DNA of 64,000 nucleotides from Macrostomum lignano (taxonomy: Eukaryota): positions 1-64,000 of the forward strand of contig NIVC01003277.1 in assembly GCA_002269645.1 (NCBI GenBank). The letters run 5' to 3'. The position numbers and the translations under genes were made by a program. Shown piece after piece: positions 29,110-44,100 of this stretch; the stretch's first letter is position 1; each line of letters starts with the position of its first letter. The notes beneath the pieces were generated by a model. That model did not search any database and was not told the DNA's origin. It worked only from the letters and a program-made list of their open reading frames with translations.

Positions 29110-29335
29110 CAAGACAGCAAGCATCCTCAGACAGCATTCAAGCATTGATCCCCAAATAGCAAGCATCCCCCAGACTGCAAGCATCCCCCCGATAGCAAGC
29201 ATCCCCCCGATAGCAAGCAACCCCAGATAGCAAGCATCCCCAGATAGCAAGCATTCCCCCAGACCCCAGATAGTAAGCATCCCCCAGATAGCAAGCATCC
29301 CGCAGATAGCAAGCATCCCCCAGATAGCAAGCATA
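29110..29335. repeat. Degenerate 18-bp minisatellite GATAGCAAGCATCCCCCA
   Basis: Direct inspection. Confidence 0.9.
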
Positions 29336-29484
29336 AATTTTAAATTTGATTAATAACACGACAGTAAAGACTTGATAATACAAGCGTAGCAAGTGGATTA
29401 ATAGTTATTAACTGGATTTAAGGGATTCTATGGAATTTAAGGGACTGTGAGGAATTCCGGTGATTTTATGTAATTCAGGAGGGA

Positions 29485-30870
29485 ATACCAAGCTATTCAG
29501 AAAGATTCCAAGGGATTCAGGGGGGTTCCAAGGGATTCAGGGGATTCCAAAGGTTTCAGGGGGGTTCCAAGGGATTCAGAGGGTTCCAAGGGATTCAGGG
29601 GGATTCCAAAGGATTCAGGGGGATTCCAAAGGATTCAGGGGGATTCCAAGGGATTCAAGGGGATTCCAAAAGATTCAGGGGGATTCCAAGAGATTCAGGG
29701 GGATTCCAAGAGATTCAGGGGGATTCCAAGAGATTCAGGGGGATTCCAAAGGATTCAGGGAGATTCCAAAGGATTCAGGGGGATTCCAAAGGATTCAGGG
29801 GGATTCCAAGAGATTCAGGGGGATTCCAAGAGATTCAGGGGGATTCCAAGAGATTCAGGGGGATTCCAAAGGATTCAGGGGGTTCCAAAGGATTCAAGGG
29901 GATCCTGGGGGATTCAGGGGGATTCCAAGAAATTCAGGGGGATTCCAAAGGATTCAGGGGGATTCTAAAGGATTCAGGGGGATTCCAAGGGATTCAGGGG
30001 GATTCCAAGAGATTCAGGGGGATTCCAAGAGATTCAGGGGGATTCCAAGGGATTCAGGGGGTTCCAAGGGATTCAGGGGGATTCCAAGGGATTCAGGGGG
30101 GTTCCAAGGGATTCAGGGGGATTCCAAAGAATTCAGGGGGATTCCAAGAGATTCAGGGGGATTCCAAGGGATTCAGGGGGATTCCAAGAGATTCAGGGGG
30201 ATTCCAAGGGATTCAGGGGGATTCCAAGAGATTCAGGGGGATTCCAAGGGATTCAGGGGATTCCAAGAGATTCAGGGGGATTCCAAGAGATTCAGGGGGA
30301 TTCCAAAGGATTCAGGGGGTTCCAAAGGATTCAAGGGGATCCTGGGGGATTCAGGGGGATTCCAAGAGATTCAGGGGATTCCAAAGGATTCAGGGGGATT
30401 CTAAAGGATTCAGGGGGATTCCAAGGGATTCAGGGGGATTCCAAGAGATTCAGGGGGATTCCAAGAGATTCAGGGGGTTCCAAGGGATTCAGGGGGTTCC
30501 AAGGGATTCAGGGGGATTCCAAGGGATTCAGGGGGTTCCAAGGGATTCAGGGGGATTCCAAAGGATTCAGGGGATTCCAAGAGATTCAGGGGGATTCCAA
30601 GGGATTCAGGGGGATTCCAAGAGATTCAGGGGGATTCCAAGGGATTCAGGGGGATTCCAAGAGATTCAGGGGGATTCCAAGGGATTCAGGGGGATTCCAA
30701 GAGATTCAGGGGGATTCCAAGGGATTCAGGGGGGTTCCAAGGGATTCAGGGGGATTCCAAAGGATTCAGGGGGATTCCAAGAGATTCAGGGGGATTCCAA
30801 GGGATTCAGGGGGATTCCAAGAGATTCAGGGGGATTCCAAGGGATTAATAATTATTCTAAGGGATTCAGG
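29485..30870. repeat. Minisatellite, about 20-bp unit GGATTCAGGGGGATTCCAAG, about 1.4 kb
   Basis: Direct inspection. Confidence 0.97.
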
Positions 30871-31384
30871 AGGAGTGCTGAGCAAATATAAAAGTGCACA
30901 GTTATCACAACTAGAATGAATATTTATGACATGCGAGAGCGCCGAAAAGGAAAGTGACCCGGGCAAGACTCCGGCAGCTCCTGTCCCAGATTGGCATCCG
31001 CAAATCCATTGCGAAATTCCATTCAGCCCAGCCGGCAGATCTCATGATTGAAATTCTCTCCTTTCAGGCAGCGACAGGAAGGAAATGAGAAATCGAGATA
31101 AGAAGGCCTGGGCTATAGCAGGGGCACCGGGCCATTGTCCTCAGCGCTGCCGGCTCCTGCGGCCAGAATTCGAGGCCGGCGAAATTGGAAAATGCGACGC
31201 CGCCACTCGACCAGGGCCGACCGCGGACAAAGCGAGGGTGCCAGCTGACCGGTCAGTCACCGCCTGCCGCCCCTCAGTGCTGCGCGATCATCGGGGTGGG
31301 GTGGGCGTTCAAATGTTGCCAAGACTGACTGCTGCCTTGCGTGTCACCGGATTGCGGCTGGGAGGGGGAGGGGTCTGTCAGTTT

Positions 31385-32365
<981 letters not shown>

Positions 32366-33004
32366 TTATTCATCCATCAAGAAACTACTATAAGTAGGCG
32401 CTATCGAGGTTCTCTCGTCTTAGCTCTTTCCTCATTGGCTGCCGTGGGGGCCAACAGGCAGCGGCAAGCAGTAGGAATGATCTGCAGGTTTATACGGCAA
32501 TCAGCAAATCTGCTCTGTGTTTCAATCTTCACCTGGGTGAAGCACTCTGCAACAGAAATTGCTGAGCTTTCGTATTGACCGCGGACTTCTAGTTCAGGTG
32601 AGCAAAATCTCAGTTTCGGTGTTTATTCGGTGACTTCTCTGTATCTCTCCGACTGTGCAGTCAAATTCACTTCAACTAAAACTGCTTAGGACTTGCTGAC
32701 ACCAAAATTTCAGCTGTGCATGAAAGTTTTGTTTCACTAATGAAATTCAAGCGCGGAGTTTTGCTTGTGTTTGGCGTGAGCAGCTGCAGCTCTCAGCTCG
32801 GGCTTTGCGCACCTGCCGCTCACTTTCACTGCCGCTGGCTGGCGTTGCGCAAACTCAAAACTTTGCCCTGACATAGCAGGGGCTGCTGCTTTCTCAGCTG
32901 CGAATTCGGCTCGACTGACATTCTGGCTTTGCATGGAGTGGCTTGGCGTCCGTGTTTACTTGAACTGACCTTTTCACTACCACTTTGGGATCGCACTCAA
33001 CTTG

Positions 33005-33790
33005 CCTTCGCCTCTCCCTTCCCCTCTCCCTTCCCCTCTCCCTTCCCCTCTCCCTTCCCCTCTCCCTTCCCCTCTCCCTTCCCCTCTCCCTTCCCCTCTC
33101 CCTTCCCCTCTCCCTTCCCCTCTCCCTTCCCCTCTCCTTTCTAGTCTCTTCCCCTCTCCCTCCCCTCTCCCTCCCCTCTCCCTTCCCCTCTCCCTTCCCT
33201 CTCCTTTCCCTCTCCTTTCTAGTCTCTTCCCCTTTCCCTTCCCCTCTCCCTTCCCCTCTCCCTTCCCCTCTCCCTTCCCCTCTCCCTTCCCCTCTCCCTT
33301 CCCCTCTCCCTTCCCCTCTCCTTTCTAGTCTCTTTCCCTCTCCCTCCCCTCTCCCTCCCCTCTCCCTTCCCCTCTCCCTTCCCCTCTCCTTTCCCTCTCC
33401 TTTCTAGTCTCTTCCCCTTTCCCTTCCCCTCTCCCTTCCCCTCTCCCTTCCCCTCTCCCTTCCCCTCTCCCTTCCCCTCTCCTTTCTAGTCTCTTCCCCT
33501 CTCCCTTCCCCTCCCCTTCCCCTCTTCCTTCCCCTCTCCCTTCCCCTCTCCCTTCCCCTCTCCCTTCCCTCTCCCTTCCCCTCTCCCTTCCCCTCTCCTT
33601 TCTCCATTCCTTCCCCCTATCCTTTCTCATCTCCCTTCCTCTCTCCCTTCCCGTCTCCATTCCTCTCTCCCTTCCCTTCTCCTTTATCCTCTCCCTCCCA
33701 TCTCCCTTCTCTTCTCCCTTCCCCTCTCCCTTCCCCTCTCCCTTTCCTCTTCCTTACCCCTTTCTCTCTCTTCCTGTCTCATTTCCTCTC
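33005..33790. repeat. CT-rich 12-bp minisatellite CTTCCCCTCTCC
   Basis: Direct inspection. Confidence 0.95.
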
Positions 33791-34695
33791 GTCGCCCTCT
33801 CTCCGTATCTTTATTGGAGATAAAGATCCTCTACCTTCCCTTTCCCCTATTCATGCTGATTTCTGGAGTTTTTAACTTCTCCCTCAGGCAGTTTTTAGCC
33901 ATAAGGTTTTGTCTTTATGAGCCATTAAATTTGCAAAATGATGTGGAAAGAGATTTTCGCTTTTTATGGCGCTGCTTTGAAATCGAACAATTGAATATAG
34001 CCCGAGTGGTTGGCTCTGCTTTTAAAACTTAGAAAAATGCTGCCTGATCGGAAAGACAAACAGAGTTTTGCTTGCAGATTGCAGGACGGTCGCTTCATAA
34101 AACTGCGCTGCGCCGAAGCGCCTCTCCAGCCTCTCCGCTTCCTCAGCTCGAATTTCACCTGGCCATGCAGGGCCGGCTGCCATTTGATGCGCCTCGTCCT
34201 CAATGAACCGAAATTGGGGGGGGGGGGGCAGCAGAATGCAACCTGGGACTGCTCAAGGACTTCTTTATATAGCATCTGGACTGGAAGCTTCGCAATTTTT
34301 TTTCCGTCTCTATACCTCACAGGGGCAAAAGAAGAAAAGACCCAGAAGGAGGAAAGGAGACAGGAAAAATTTAACTGTCAAGCTGGCCATAAACATGACA
34401 AAGACACTGTACACAGAAAAGAAGCAAAGTTCAGGGGCATGCAGGGAAGAGCTCATGGGGTAAAGTTTATCCCCAACAATGAATCTTTAACATGTACGTT
34501 TATCTTGAAAACTATTCGGACTGAGTCATGACTGGAGGTGATGAGTGGGAGTCCCACTCCCACGTTCTATATATACTGACGAGCTGGCTGTACTGTACAA
34601 TAATGAAAAAGAAAATTTTGCCTTCAGTGCCTGCCTCATCAATTTCACAATACTGCTACACTTGCTACAAGCACTGAAAATTTTGTTCCAACAAA

Positions 34696-35939
34696 ATGGT
34701 TAAGTCGTGCTCAGCACACGGCTGCACTAATCGAGCCTCCTCGGACAAGGGACTGAGCTCTCATGGCTATCCTATGCACAATGCAGTCCTTCTTGAACAA
34801 TGGAAGCAAGCAAATCCAAGTCAGAATTTCGAGCCTACCAAGAGCTCAACAATTTGCTCTGCGCACTTCGTGGAAAACTCTCTGGACACCAACGCGAACC
34901 GCAAGAAGGGCCGGGACCAACTGTCGAGGCGGTGTCTGAAGCCAGGGACGGTGCCGTCTATCTTCCCGAATAGACTTATCTCTCTTCTTATCTCTCTTCT
35001 TATCTCTCTTCTTATCTTATCTCTCTTCTTATCTTATCTCTCTTCTTATCTTATCTCTCTTCTTATCTTATCTCTCTTCTTATCTTATCTCTCTTCTTAT
35101 CTTATCTCTCTTCTTATCTCTCTTCTTATCTCTCTTCTTATCTCTCTTCTTATCTTATCTCTCTTCTTATCTCTCTTCTTATCTCTCTTCTTATCTCTCT
35201 TCTTATCTCTCTTCTGCCAAGGCGGAACCGAGGTCAACTGCGGCAACATCAACTCAGCGCTTGGAGAGAGAAAATACTGCACTGCAAGGCCAAATTGATG
35301 AGTTCCGAGATGCGGACTCAATCGTTGACGACTACCTTGATGAAGTGCAGCTAAAACTGAATCGAGAGGAAGGAAAACCGGCAGGATTTCATACCACCAT
35401 GCTTGCTGACCAGCTGCATCTACGAGCTGAACATGGAGCCTTCCTTTCATGTCTCCTGCTACATCTACATGGCTAAGGACCACAGCATCACTATTGGAGT
35501 CAATTGAGTGTTGCTAAAGCCAACCCGACTTAGAGACTTACTTTCGGACGGAAAAGTATCGACTCTCAGTCAACTAGTCAACATAATGTCCAGAGTCAAG
35601 AACTGGGAGGTAGACACTGACAGTGCCAAAGCTGAAGGCAAGGCCAACCGTATGCTTGACATGGCCCAAGATCTTCTGGAAGAAGCGGAGAATCTTGTTG
35701 AGAATCGCACTGTTGGCTTCATTTTGGAGCAGCTGAAACTCAGCAGGCAGCCGAGCTGCAGAAGGAGATATTCACAGCAGCTCATGATCTTCGCTTATGT
35801 TCTGTACTCCACCAGCGCTTCGGCTTATAAGACAATACTGGAGCAGGACGTCCTCTGTTTTCCATCTGATCGAACCCTTCGGTCTGCTTCAGCCAAAGTT
35901 GGTTCAAAGAATGGTCTAGAAATCGAAAGCTACCTTTAG
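34696..35939 (+). pseudogene. Truncated THAP9/P-element-like transposase (THAP domain plus N-terminal region; no catalytic domain)
   Basis: MVKSCSAHGC...W.....ICSAHF...LKPGTVPSIFP is a THAP domain. RRRYSQQLMIFAYVLYSTSASAYK..LCFPSDRTLR is the P-transposase N-terminal motif. Interrupted by a minisatellite and frameshifts. Confidence 0.85.
34975..35215. repeat. 12-bp minisatellite TCTTATCTCTCT (with 17-bp variants) inside the THAP transposase coding region
   Basis: Direct inspection. Confidence 0.95.
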
Positions 35940-38186
35940 TTGAGAGCATCGAAGTTATCGAAATTTATCGAAATCGAATCGAAAATCAAAATTTTGAATA
36001 ATCGAAATTATTAAAAAAAGAAATCTAAATCATTCTGAATGAATTTTTATTAAGCTCATGATTTATATAACAATATAAGTACATAATGGCCAGCTATCTA
36101 ATATGCGATGTAACTAGGATCTAAGCTATTTTGGGAAGGGCTTTTGCCCCTCTAAGGTATATGCGGGTGGGGAGCTTCCAGTCCAGATGCTATATAGAGA
36201 AGTCCCTGGACTGCTGCTGACTGCCAGACAGAGAAATCCGGCTCGAGAAAATAATCGATAGTCCCCAATCTAAGATCCGCTTGGGTTGATAACAGGAGTC
36301 CGGAGGATTTACCATGCAGATAAAGCATCAGAGATAACAAATTATCCAAACGAGATTTCAGTCTCATTCACAGGTTCATCTGCTCTGTGGAGGAAAGCTG
36401 GAGAACATTCTATCCGAAATCCCTTTGACAGAGTTAAAAAATCAGTTCGATTTTAGGCGTTAAAATACAGAAATAAAGGCATAGAAACTTTGATGAGGCC
36501 AAGCTATGCACTCAGCTTCCAGTCCGAATCCGCAGTCTCGAACTCCATGAACTTCTTTGCTTCCCAAGCCATAAAATTATCTTTATAGATACTTTATAGA
36601 CGAGGCAGTCAGCATGGTTGCTGACTGGGAGGGATTGGCCACAGATCCTTCATCGCAATCCTATGCTGCTGGCTTGGCTGGGCCTGTCTGGCGGTGACAC
36701 ATCGCTCGGGTGTGGGTGGGTGGCGTCTTTGTGGTCTGAAAGCATTCCTCTGCAAGCAACACCCCCGGCCTGCCGCTCTCGATCTCCCGGCAGAGATTAG
36801 GCTGAATTGGACACGCGCAAGACAGCTGGTTGTGACACCCGCTGCTGCCTGCCTCTCTTTGACCTCCTCATCCTCCTTCCAGTTCTCCATTATTCCTGGT
36901 CCAGTGAGAGCAGCTCCGGGAAGCCCCAGCTCCAATGGGTAAGTTTTACAGTTTACAGAATCGCGGATTCAATTGTCCGTAACGAGCTCCTGCAGCCCCT
37001 GCAACATGGGAGAGAGAGAGGCTCAGGTGGGAAAAGCGGAAGTGTGGCGCTCACAGGGCCGCTCCAGCGACCGTGCCTGAGTTTCCGCTTCTCACCTCTG
37101 GTGGCATTGTTGTTGCGGCTGAAGCCGTGCCTGTTGTGCTGCCTTGTTACCCTCGCATTCCGAACGGATCGTAAGAGGAGAACGCGCGATGGGAGAGACG
37201 GGAGCAGAGCAGCAGAGCCAGAAGTAGCAGCCAGGGAGTTCACCTGAAGTGCTGCTGAAGTCTGCTTTTTCAACACTGCTTCTAGCACGTTTTGCGACAC
37301 GCCACTGCGTTGCCAACTTCCTCATTAGATGGAGGTGGGGCAACTGCCGGTAGTGCAAAGTGGGGCAGCAGCTACTTGAAGAGGCGCCCCCTTGAAGCAG
37401 AGGGCTCTTGACCGGGGGCTGGTGCACTCTTGCCCCCGGGGAGGTGTCGCTATTTTCGGTTTGAATTTCGCAGTCTGCCAACGGAGCGGGGGGGGGACGG
37501 GCATCATTTTGCACGGGTACTGAGGAGGAGGAGGACCGAGGGGCTCGAGGCGTCGATGAGCTGAGCTGGACTTGGAGGACAGAAACTCACAAGGCTGGGG
37601 AGTGCAGCTGGGCAAGATTCGCTGGGCTGGAAACCTGACTCAGGGTCCGCCCTGTGCTCAATGCGAAAGGCTCTGTGCGGTGGGGCCTCTAATCCCCGCC
37701 GGGCCCTGAGTGGATTAGAGTAGGAAATCCGCTCTGAGCGGCCGGTCGAGCGGCTTATCGGAGCCGTTGTCGAGTTTTCCTGTTTCCAAGAAAACGTGTT
37801 AAAAAATTTTTCGCTAAGAATAATTTCAACATGACAACATGATTAAACAGCGCCTCCCGGAGGGAGATTACAAGCAGTGTAATATCCCAACGCCAGTGTG
37901 GGATGTGCAGCACAGGTTGTCAGTACAATTTTATGTTGAGAAATCAGTTTTAGAATGCTCGCTGCACTGGTTTTTCAAGACAAATTTTGCTACAAATTTA
38001 CTTACGAGTGCGAGATACGAATTGCGGAGTCGCAGGTTGACTTCCTGTTTTTATGCTGATTTTCTGCATTCGTCTTCACTAGTATTTTATTGCAGCAGTG
38101 ACAAGAGCGAACCCCTCGTACCAAACACAACAGCTGCTCAATGTCGCCCTGATTTCCAGGAAATCGCCCGCCCTACCGCCCGAGTC

Positions 38187-41100
38187 ATGGCAGCCTCGGC
38201 TGTCCCAATTCTGACCCTGGCCGCCCTGATGGTCAACATCGTTGAGGCCATCAGCTCGGAGCTGTTGCTGACGACCACCTGCTCGGTGGTGGAGGAGGTG
38301 CCGCTGGGCAGCCCCGTCTGCAGCCTCGCCCAGCTGCTCAACCACAACGCCACCGGCCGCTTCCAGCAGGTGAACGACTCCTCAGCTCGGCTGTTCTCCG
38401 TCGACCCGGCCAGCGGCCTCGTGCGCACCTCCGGCCGCATCGACCGGGAGGGAATCCCGAGTGCCGGCGCCCCCAGCCCGTCTGCGCCCTGACGCTGCAG
38501 ACCACCTGGCGCGGCGCCGACAACTCCCAGATGCTGCCGATCAGCGCAACAATCCGCGTACTGGACGTCAATGACAACGCGCCGAGGTTTCGCGGCGGCG
38601 CCGTCCTGAAGGCCAGCCTGCAGGAGCACGACAGGTCGGCGAGCTTCCAGCTGCCGCGGGCCGTCGATCCCGACGCAGGCGAGAACGGCAGCGTGGTGTA
38701 CAGCCTGCACCCGGAGGCGCAGCGCCTCGCCAAGTTCAGCCTCGTCGACGACCCGCACGATCGGCTGCGCGGCCCAGTCCTGCTGGTGGTCGGCGACGTC
38801 AACCTGGAGAGGGACCCCGGCCTGCTGAGGGTGCTGGTGCTGGCCAGGGACAAGGGGCAGCCCAGCCTGAACAGCAGCTTCACCATGGAGCTGGCGGTCA
38901 TCAACACCAACGACTTCGATCCGGCATTGACGCCAAAGGATCCGCAGCGGGATGTGAGACGGAAGCGCGGCTGTCTTGAGATGCTGAGCGTAGGGACCGG
39001 CTGAGCGTAGAGACGAGAGAATACTTGGGATAGTGGCAGAGAGCGGTAGAAAGAGTGACTAAGAACCCGGTAGAAAGAGTGACTGAGAACCCGGTAGAAA
39101 GAGTGACTGAGAACCCGGTAGAAAGAGTGACTGAGAACCCAGTAGAAAGAGTGCCTGATAACCCGGTAGAAAGAGTGACTGAGAACCAGGTAGAAAGAGT
39201 GAATGAGAACCCAGTAGAAAGAGTGCCTGATAACCCGGTAGAAAGAGTGCCTGAGAACCCGGTAGAAAGAGTGACTGAGAACCCGGTAGAAAGAGTGACT
39301 GAGTACCCCGGTAGAAAGAGTGCCTGATAACCCGGTAGAAAGAGTGACTGAAAACCTGGTAGAAAGAGTGACTGAGAACCCAGTAGAAAGAGTGACTGAG
39401 AACCCGGTAGAAAGAGTGACTGAGAACCCGGTAGAAAGAGTGACTGAGAACCCAGTAGAAAGAGTGACTGAGAACCCAGTAGAAAGAGTGACTGAGAACC
39501 CGGTAGAAAGAGTGACTGAGAACCCGGTAGAAAGAGTGACTGAGTACCCGGTAGAAAGAGTGACTGAAAACCTGGTAGAAAGAGTGACTGAGAACCCGGT
39601 AGAAAGAGTGACTGAGAACCCAGTAGAAAGAGTGACTGAGAACCCGGTAGAAAGAGTGACTGAGAACCCATTAGAAAGAGTGACTGAGAACCCGGTAGAA
39701 AGAGTGACTGAGAACCCGGTAGAAAGAGTGACTGAGAACCCGGTAGAAAGAGTGACTGAGAACCCAGTAGAAAGAGTGACTGAGAACCCAGTAGAAAGAG
39801 TGACTGAGAACCCGGTAGAAAGAGTGACTGAGAACCCAGTAGAAAGAGTGGTCCCATCGCTACCGCATCCCACAGATCCCAGAGAACACCTCCGTGAACT
39901 CGGTGGTGCTGCAGATGAGCGCCTCGGACAAAGACGAGTTCAGCAAGCCGCTGACGTTCAGCATCATCAACTACGACTGCCCGCCCCTCTGCTCGCCGTT
40001 CGCCATCCACCCGCGCAGTGGGGAAATCGTCCTGACCTCGGCGTTGGACGCCGAGACTCAGCAGCGCTACGAGATCTACGTCAGCGTGACGGACAACCAT
40101 CCGCCAAGCCCGCGCACCTCAGTGTCAATCGTCAAGGTCCTGGTGAGTCTGTCAAGGTGGTTTGAGCTGTTACACACTCGCTTAATCCATTCCAAATGGA
40201 TTAATGCCATTTCAAACAGGCCCACCCGACCCAAGTCATCTCACACCGACTCAAGCCATTCCAGACCGACTCAAGCCATCCCACACCGGCTCAAGCCATC
40301 TCAGACCGACTCAAATCATCCCACACCGGCTCAAGCCATCTCAGACCGACTCAAGCCATCCCACACCGGCTCAAGCCATCCCACACCGGCTCAAGCCATC
40401 CCACACCGGCTCAAGCCATCCCACACCGGCTCAAGCCATCCCACACCGGCTCAAGCCATCCCACACCGGCTCAAGCCATCCCAGACCGACTCAAGCCATC
40501 CCAGACCGGCTCAAGCCATCCCAGACCGACTCAAGCCATCCCAGACCGACTCAAGCCATCCCAGACCGACTCAAATCATCCCACACCGGCTCAAGCCATC
40601 CCACACCAACTGAAGCCATCCCACACCGACTCAAGCCATCCCACACCCAACTCGAGCTCTCCCACACCGACTCAAGCCATCCCACACCAACTCAGGCAAT
40701 CCCACATTCGCCCAAGTCATCCCACACCGGTTCAGGCAATCCCACACCGACTCAAGCCATCCCACATCAAAATCAAGTCCTCCCACACAAACTCAAGCCA
40801 TCCCACATCAAACTCAAGTCCTCCCACACAAACTCAAGCCATCCCACATCAAACTCAAGTCCTCCCACACAAACTCAAGCCATCCCACATCAAACTCAAG
40901 TCCTCCCACACAAACTCAAGCCATCCCACATCAAAATCAAGTCCTCCCACACAAACTCAAGCCATCCCACATCAAAATCAAGTCCTCCCACACAAACTCA
41001 AATCCAAGCAAACCCCCCTCGAATCGATTCGTCCTTTCCCATCGGGACAAAGAAGAAAGAGAGAGAACAGGAAAGGATAGGGATTATATTTTTAGAGAAA

Positions 41101-44100
41101 ACGGAAACTGCCAACCGAGACAGAAAGAGAGAATGAGGCTTGGGACTTGCAAGGGCCCAGCCTGGCGATCCGCTATGCAGATGACTGATGGCAGAGGCAG
41201 AGCACCAGGAAGCAGAGGCCCAGACCAACGGAGGCCGCCAATGGTGGAGGCAATAAAATACCGGAAGGAAGACAAAGCAGGAATCTCGCCCCCCCCCCCA
41301 GCTCATGTTTGTCGGAGATGGGCGCTGCCGCTTGCGCGACCTTGCAGGGCGGTCACAGCCAGCACAGCCGGGAACCACACTTGAGTAGGCAGTGCTCAGC
41401 CAGTTCTGACCCGATTGGCGGCCACCTCGGTTAGAAAAGCAGGATTTCTGCTTCCGCAGAACTAAGATTTCCTGGTTGCTTTTCTGTTCATTGGTGGGCT
41501 CAATTTCGTAAACTGTTGCAACATTCTTAAATTCAGTCATTTTGAGCTATCATCTGGGCCTTCATAAACTCGAGTTGTGTTTCATAAACTGGAGTGTGTT
41601 TTCAAACTGGAGTGTGTTTAATAAACTGGAGTTGTGTTTAATAAACTGGAGTTGTGTTTAATAAACTGGAGTGTGTTTCATAAACTGGAGTGTGTTTCAT
41701 AAACTGTAGTTGTGTTTCATAAACTGGAGTGTGTTTCATAAACTGGAGTGTGTTTCATAAACTGTAGTTGTGTTTCATAAACTGGAGTATGTTTTACAAA
41801 CTGGAGTTGTGTTTCATAAACTGGAGTATGTTTTACAAACTGGAGTTGTGTTTAATAAACTGGAGTTGTGTTTAATAAACTGGAGTTGTGTTTAATAAAC
41901 TGGAGTGTGTTTCATAAACTGGAGTTGTGTTTCATAAACTGGAGTTGTCTTTCATAAGCTGGAGTTGTGTTTCATAAACTGGAGTGTGTTTCATAAACTG
42001 GAGTGTGTTTCATAAACTGGAGTTGTGTTTCATAAGCTGGAGTTGTGTTAAATAAACTGGAGTATGTTTTACAAACTGTAGTTGTGTTTCATAAACTGGA
42101 GTTGTGTTTCATAAACTGGAGTGTGTTTCATAAACTGGAGTGTGTTTCATAAACTGGAGTTGTGTTTCATAAACTGGAGTTGTGTTTCATAAGCTGGAGT
42201 TGTGTTAAATAAACTGGAGTATGTTTTACAAACTGGAGTTGTGTTTAATAAACTGGAGTTGTGTTTCATAAACTGGAGTTGTGTTTCATAAACTGGAGTT
42301 GTGTTTCATAAACTGGAGTTGTGTTTCATAAGCTGGAGTTGTGTTTCATAAACTGGAGTGTGTTTCATAAACTGGAGTGTGTTTCATAAACTGGAGTTGT
42401 GTTTCATAAACTGGAGTTGTGTTTCATAAGCTGGAGTTGTGTTAAATAAACTGGAGTATGTTTTACAAACTGGAGTTGTGTTTAATAAACTGGAGTTGTG
42501 TTTCATAAACTGGAGTATGTTTTACAAACTGGAGTTGTGTTTAATAAACTGGAGTTGTGTTTCATAAACTGGAGTTGTGTTTTCAAACTGGAGTTGTGTT
42601 TAATAAACTGGAGTTGTGTTTAATAAACTGGAGTTGTGTTTAATAAACTGGAGTATGTTTTACAAACTAGAGTTGTGTTTAATAAACTGGAGTGTGTTTT
42701 ACAAACTGGAGTTGTGTTTAATAAACTGGAGTTGTGTTTAATAAACTGGAGTTGTGTTTCATAAACTGGAGTGTGTTGAATAAACTGAAGTGTGTTTTAC
42801 AAACTGGAGTTGTGTTTAATAAACTGGAGTTGTGTTTAATAAACTGGAGTGTGTTTCATAAACTAGAGTTGTGTTTCATAAACTGGAGTTGTGTTTCATA
42901 AACTGCAGTTGTGTTTCATAAACTGGAGTGTGTTTCATAAACTGAAGTGTGTTTCATAAACTGGAGTTGTGTTTAACAAACTTGAGTGTGTTTCATAAAC
43001 TGTAGTTGTGTTTCATAAACTGGAGTTGTGTTTCATAAACTGGAGTGTGTTTCATACACTGTAGTTGTGTTTCATAAACTGGAGTTGTGTTTCATAAACT
43101 GGAGTTGTGTTTCATAAACTGGAGTGTGTTGAATAAACTGAAGTGTGTTTTACAAACTGGAGTTGTGTTTACAAACTGGAGTTGTGTTTAACAAACTGGA
43201 GTTGTGTTTAATAAACTGGAGTTGTGTTTAATAAACTGGAGTTGTGTTTAATAAACTGGAGTTGTGTTTCATAAACTGGAGTGTGTTTCATAAACTGGAG
43301 TGTGCTTCATAAACTGGAGTGTGTTTCATAAACTGTAGTTGTGTTTCATAAACTGGAGTGTGTTTCATAAGCTGGAGTTGTGTTTCATAAACTGGAGTTG
43401 TGTTTCATAAACTGGAGTTGTGTTTCATAAGCTGGAGTTGTGTTTCATAAACTGGAGTGTGTTTCATAAACTGGAGTGTGTTTCATAAACTGGAGTTGTG
43501 TTTCATAAACTGGAGTTGTGTTTCATAAACTGGAGTTGTGTTTCATAAACTGGAGTGTGTTTCATAAACTGGAGTGTGTTTCATAAACTGGAGTGTGTTT
43601 CATAAACTGGAGTGTGTTTCATAAACTGGAGTGTGTTTCATAAACTGGAGTTGTGTTTCATAAACTGGAGTGTGTTTCATAAACTGGAGTTGTGTTTCAT
43701 AAACTGGAGTTGTGTTTCATAAACTGCAGTTGTGTTTCATAAACTGTAGTTGTGTTTCATAAACTGGAGTTGTGTTTCATAAACTGGAGTGTGTTTCATA
43801 AACTGTAGTTGTGTTTCATAAACTGGAGTGTGTTTCATAAACTGGAGTGTGTTTCATAAACTGTAGTTGTGTTTCATAAACTGGAGTGTGTTTCATAAGC
43901 TGGAGTTGTGTTTCATAAACTGGAGTTGTGTTTCATAAACTGGAGTTGTGTTTCATAAACTGGAGTTGTGTTTCATAAGCTGGAGTTGTGTTTCATAAAC
44001 TGGAGTTGTGTTTCATAAACTGGAGTTGTGTTTCATAAACTGGAGTTGTGTTTCATAAACTGGAGTGTGTTTCATAAACTGGAGTGTGTTTCATAAACTG

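Larger units (their letters stand above)
34254..36208 (+). mobile_element. Internally deleted P-superfamily (THAP) DNA transposon, 1955 bp
   Basis: 36-bp TIRs CA(A/G)GGACTTCT(T/C)TATATAGCATCTGGACTGGAAGCT (34254-34289 and 36173-36208, 2 mismatches). 7-bp TSD GACTGCT (34247-34253 and 36209-36215). Contains THAP and N-terminal P-transposase coding. Confidence 0.88.

Noticed and set aside
33900-36420. Flanks of the 1.96-kb P-like element possibly a decayed hAT transposase (LKSRLDNLLSLMLYLH..., FYEAT...)
   Set aside because: Only vague motif resemblance across broken frames; needs a profile search.
36609-37700. GC-rich ORFs upstream of the cadherin
   Set aside because: No recognisable domain and overlapping short ORFs on both strands. 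More likely promoter/5' UTR GC island.
38338-41136. VTENPVER / TLSTGFSV / SHPTPAQ repeat ORFs
   Set aside because: Intronic minisatellites. Splicing them out restores normal cadherin repeat spacing.
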